Position numbers and translations under genes: made by a program. From NCBI GenBank assembly GCA_010093705.1, contig MU006089.1, forward strand, positions 3,312,061 to 3,376,060: 64,000 nucleotides of DNA, written 5' to 3'. The first letter of the stretch is position 1, and every line of letters starts with the position of its first letter. Below the pieces are notes generated by a model. That model was not told the DNA's origin, searched no databases, and saw only the letters and a list, made by a program, of their open reading frames with translations. Source of the stretch: Patellaria atrata CBS 101060. Lineage: Eukaryota. This document shows, in pieces, positions 61,667 to 64,000 of the stretch.

Positions 61667-62953
61667 ATGGCCGACGCTCCTATAGCCAACAATGGCACGG
61701 CTGAACAACCCAGCTGGGGGAAGGGTCAGCTTGCATCTCATACATGGATGGAGCCGGTGGTGAGTGGAATTTGTCATATGACGTTAAAGATTCTTACTGA
61801 TTGTTTCTAGATGGTCGCTAGTATCCTCTTCTTCGCCATGTTCATCAATAGGAGAAAGAACTATAGCATATTCGGTTCAGAAAAGGCATACGCTTTGTTG
61901 GAAGAAGACTCCTTAGCCGCAAGACTATCAGACGATGCTCCCACATACGATCCAGAGAATAGAGACGATCCAGAATATGTATACACAGCAAGCAAACACC
62001 CGCCCAAGCGAAGGAACTGTTGCGGAACCGTCGTCCACACTCCCAACTCCTCCCGCTTCGCAAACCATTTCCACAGCCGAATCCTGCAAAAATTCCCCTT
62101 CCTGATCGAAATGTTCTACTGGATCGTGAACTTTGGCTTCTACGCCTGCACACGGGCCATGACAGAGGTCATATTCGTCAAGGAGAAAGTCTGGGACATC
62201 GCCCAAGACCATGGCACCGGCGTATTAACCATCGAACACGAATCCTTCTTCTCGATCTTCTTTCCCATACACGAAGTTAGCTTCCAGCAATGGTTTATGA
62301 ACGGTCACACCTCCCTACTCACCTTCCTCAACCGCATTTACTCGCTCATCCACATCCCCGGCACCGTCGGCTTCATCGCCTGGTACTATTACGTTGCGCC
62401 CAACCACGGTACCTTCGCCATTGCGCGAAGAACAATGACACTGACCAACTTCATTGCCTTCACCACTTTTACCCTCTGGCCCACTATGCCGCCTCGGTTG
62501 TTACCGAAGGAATACGGCTTCTACGACACCGTACACCACGAGAACGCAGAGAGCGTCTGGGTTCAAGGAAAATACGTCAACTCCCTCGGTGCAATGCCCT
62601 CTCTGCATTTCGGCTACGCCTTCTGCATCGGTGCCGGCATGATATACCACTCCGGCATCTTCCGCCGCACCTTGAAAAAAGGCGAATCCGTCAAGTCGAA
62701 AATAGGCAAAATTCTCTATGTCGCCGGTGGTATTGCGTATCCGACTATGGTCTTAGTCGTGATCATCGCGACGGCAAATCACTATTGGCTCGATGCGGTT
62801 GCCGCCACGTTTGTGGTCCTGCTGAGTTATATGTGTAATAGAGTCTTTTTGATCCTCTTACCGCTGGAGGATCTGTTGCTCTGGTGTTTGAGGCTGGAAA
62901 AGCCGATTCCGAGTACAGGGGAGAGGTTCCATAAAAGGGGCGGGAGGATATGA
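61667..62953 (+). CDS. PAP2-superfamily (AUR1/IPC-synthase-like) integral membrane protein, 2 exons
   Basis: ATG 61667, intron 61760-61810. Multiple TM helices; WPTMPPRLLP, NSLGAMPSLHFG and ATANHYWLDA motifs. Not clearly the true AUR1 orthologue. Confidence 0.85.
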
Positions 62954-63607
62954 TTTTGAAAATGCCTTGACTTCTATAGGGGATATGGGGGAATGAGCGA
63001 ACGTTCTTAATATTTTTACCATGGGAGCATAGGGGTCACAGCTGTCTTGTACTGTATATATTTAGGGGCTATCGGTACGGCGTATTCTGTTAGCCATAGA
63101 ATGTAATAAGCATCTACACCTCCCTCTCTGAAGTGGGGAAATCAGTATCTTAATCACTCTTCAGATTCCACATTATCCCGTTCGACTATGTTACATTGCC
63201 CATCCCATCTTCCCATATCGCCATCAGACATCCCAACCCAGCTAACCGCCAAACACCACATATGCTCTCTTCACGCCTTGGAAAAAGCGAAAAACCCCAC
63301 GTAGAAAATCGATGGTACTGGATAAGATTAAGCCGCCAGATGATTGTATAGACGGTGCAAAGCAAAGCCCCAACGCCACGCTCGCGAAAAGGAAGATGAG
63401 ATTGTTATCAGAAGAAAATGAAAGGAAAGGGGGTGAGAGAGTAAGCGGGAAAAAGGAGATCTAGCGACGTAAGGAAAAGACGTAGACTAAGGTAGTGTGG
63501 TATCAAACTCTGGAACAAAATGACAAGCCGATGACAAAGGAAAAATCAAGGGAGATAGGGAAAAACGTCAACCGCGGGATCCACACGACGTTTTGGGTAG
63601 AAGAAAA

Positions 63608-64000
63608 TTAATATCTCAGCTTCCCAAGCAAAGAAAAGGAATAAGCAGCCTCTCTTTCCGTCTTCGTCTGCAAAGCCGTCAGCATCTCTCACTCATATAA
63701 ATCTCCTAAAAGTAAAGAAACTCACTTGTATCATATAAACCCTTGCCCTCGCGCCACTAACGCCGCCAGTCTTGCCCACGGTGCCCACAATTCCCTCCGG
63801 CCCCATACAATCCTCCCATACAGAGACCGCGATCCCCGTCCTGGCCACTCTCTCAAAACTACTCTCCCCGAGCGTGACATCGAGCAATGTCTCTCCCTTC
63901 GTCTTACCGAGTACAACGATGCGCTTCTGGCCCTGGCTATTGGTCCCAGGGGAGCCGGGTACCACGGCGCCGGCTGTGCGTGAAGGAGTCGAGGTCGAAG
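63608..64000 (-). CDS. 3' end of a hypothetical protein gene (start outside window)
   Basis: Open frame from the window end ...KRIVVLGKTKGETLLDVTLGESSFERVARTGIAVSVWE...ARVYMIQ, intron 63668-63725 (GTGAGT...CTGAC...CAG), then TKTEREAAYSFSLLGKLRY-TAA. Confidence 0.7.

Noticed and set aside
28127..62953. SCS7 plus an AUR1-like gene as a sphingolipid cluster
   Set aside because: More than 30 kb apart with unrelated genes between, and the PAP2 protein's function is not established.
1..64000. Intact transposons, Starship captain, rRNA, spliceosomal snRNA or TPP riboswitch
   Set aside because: No transposase, RT, integrase or tyrosine-recombinase motifs, terminal repeats, or RNA consensus motifs recognised by eye; an Rfam or repeat-library scan would be needed to exclude them formally.

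Overview
Eukaryotic genomic DNA from a filamentous ascomycete (Pezizomycotina). This is supported by short GT-AG introns with CTAAC/CTGAC branch points and typical mould orthologues; the species cannot be determined from the sequence. Most of the window is a conserved housekeeping backbone: SSH4-like SPRY protein (3'-truncated), UCH37, an Upc2/Ecm22-like Zn2Cys6 factor, transportin KAP104, a conserved membrane-anchored hypothetical protein, tRNase Z, SCS7, an RBM39/PAD-1 splicing factor, a PTC6-like PP2C, importin-beta KAP95, HSP104, an Spd1/Dif1-like RNR inhibitor, tRNA-Gly(GCC), a nitrilase, a PAP2/AUR1-like membrane protein and the 3' end of a further gene. Two accessory-looking segments interrupt it. 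(i) At about 24.1-27.9 kb there is a head-to-head pair of small secreted-protein genes, one with a beta/gamma-crystallin-like motif. (ii) At about 52.9-59.0 kb, next to the tRNA, four co-oriented and highly diverged paralogues carry a BTB/POZ-like N-terminal motif; three also share a W-rich C-terminal module I cannot name. They are interspersed with a possible GIY-YIG nuclease relic and a 9 x 34-bp minisatellite. Other points of note are an AUG-less 160-codon in-frame extension of tRNase Z that looks like a mitochondrial presequence, a probable 3'-UTR intron in RBM39, and an over-represented intergenic octamer CTAAGGTA. All family assignments come from motif recognition by eye, not from database searches.
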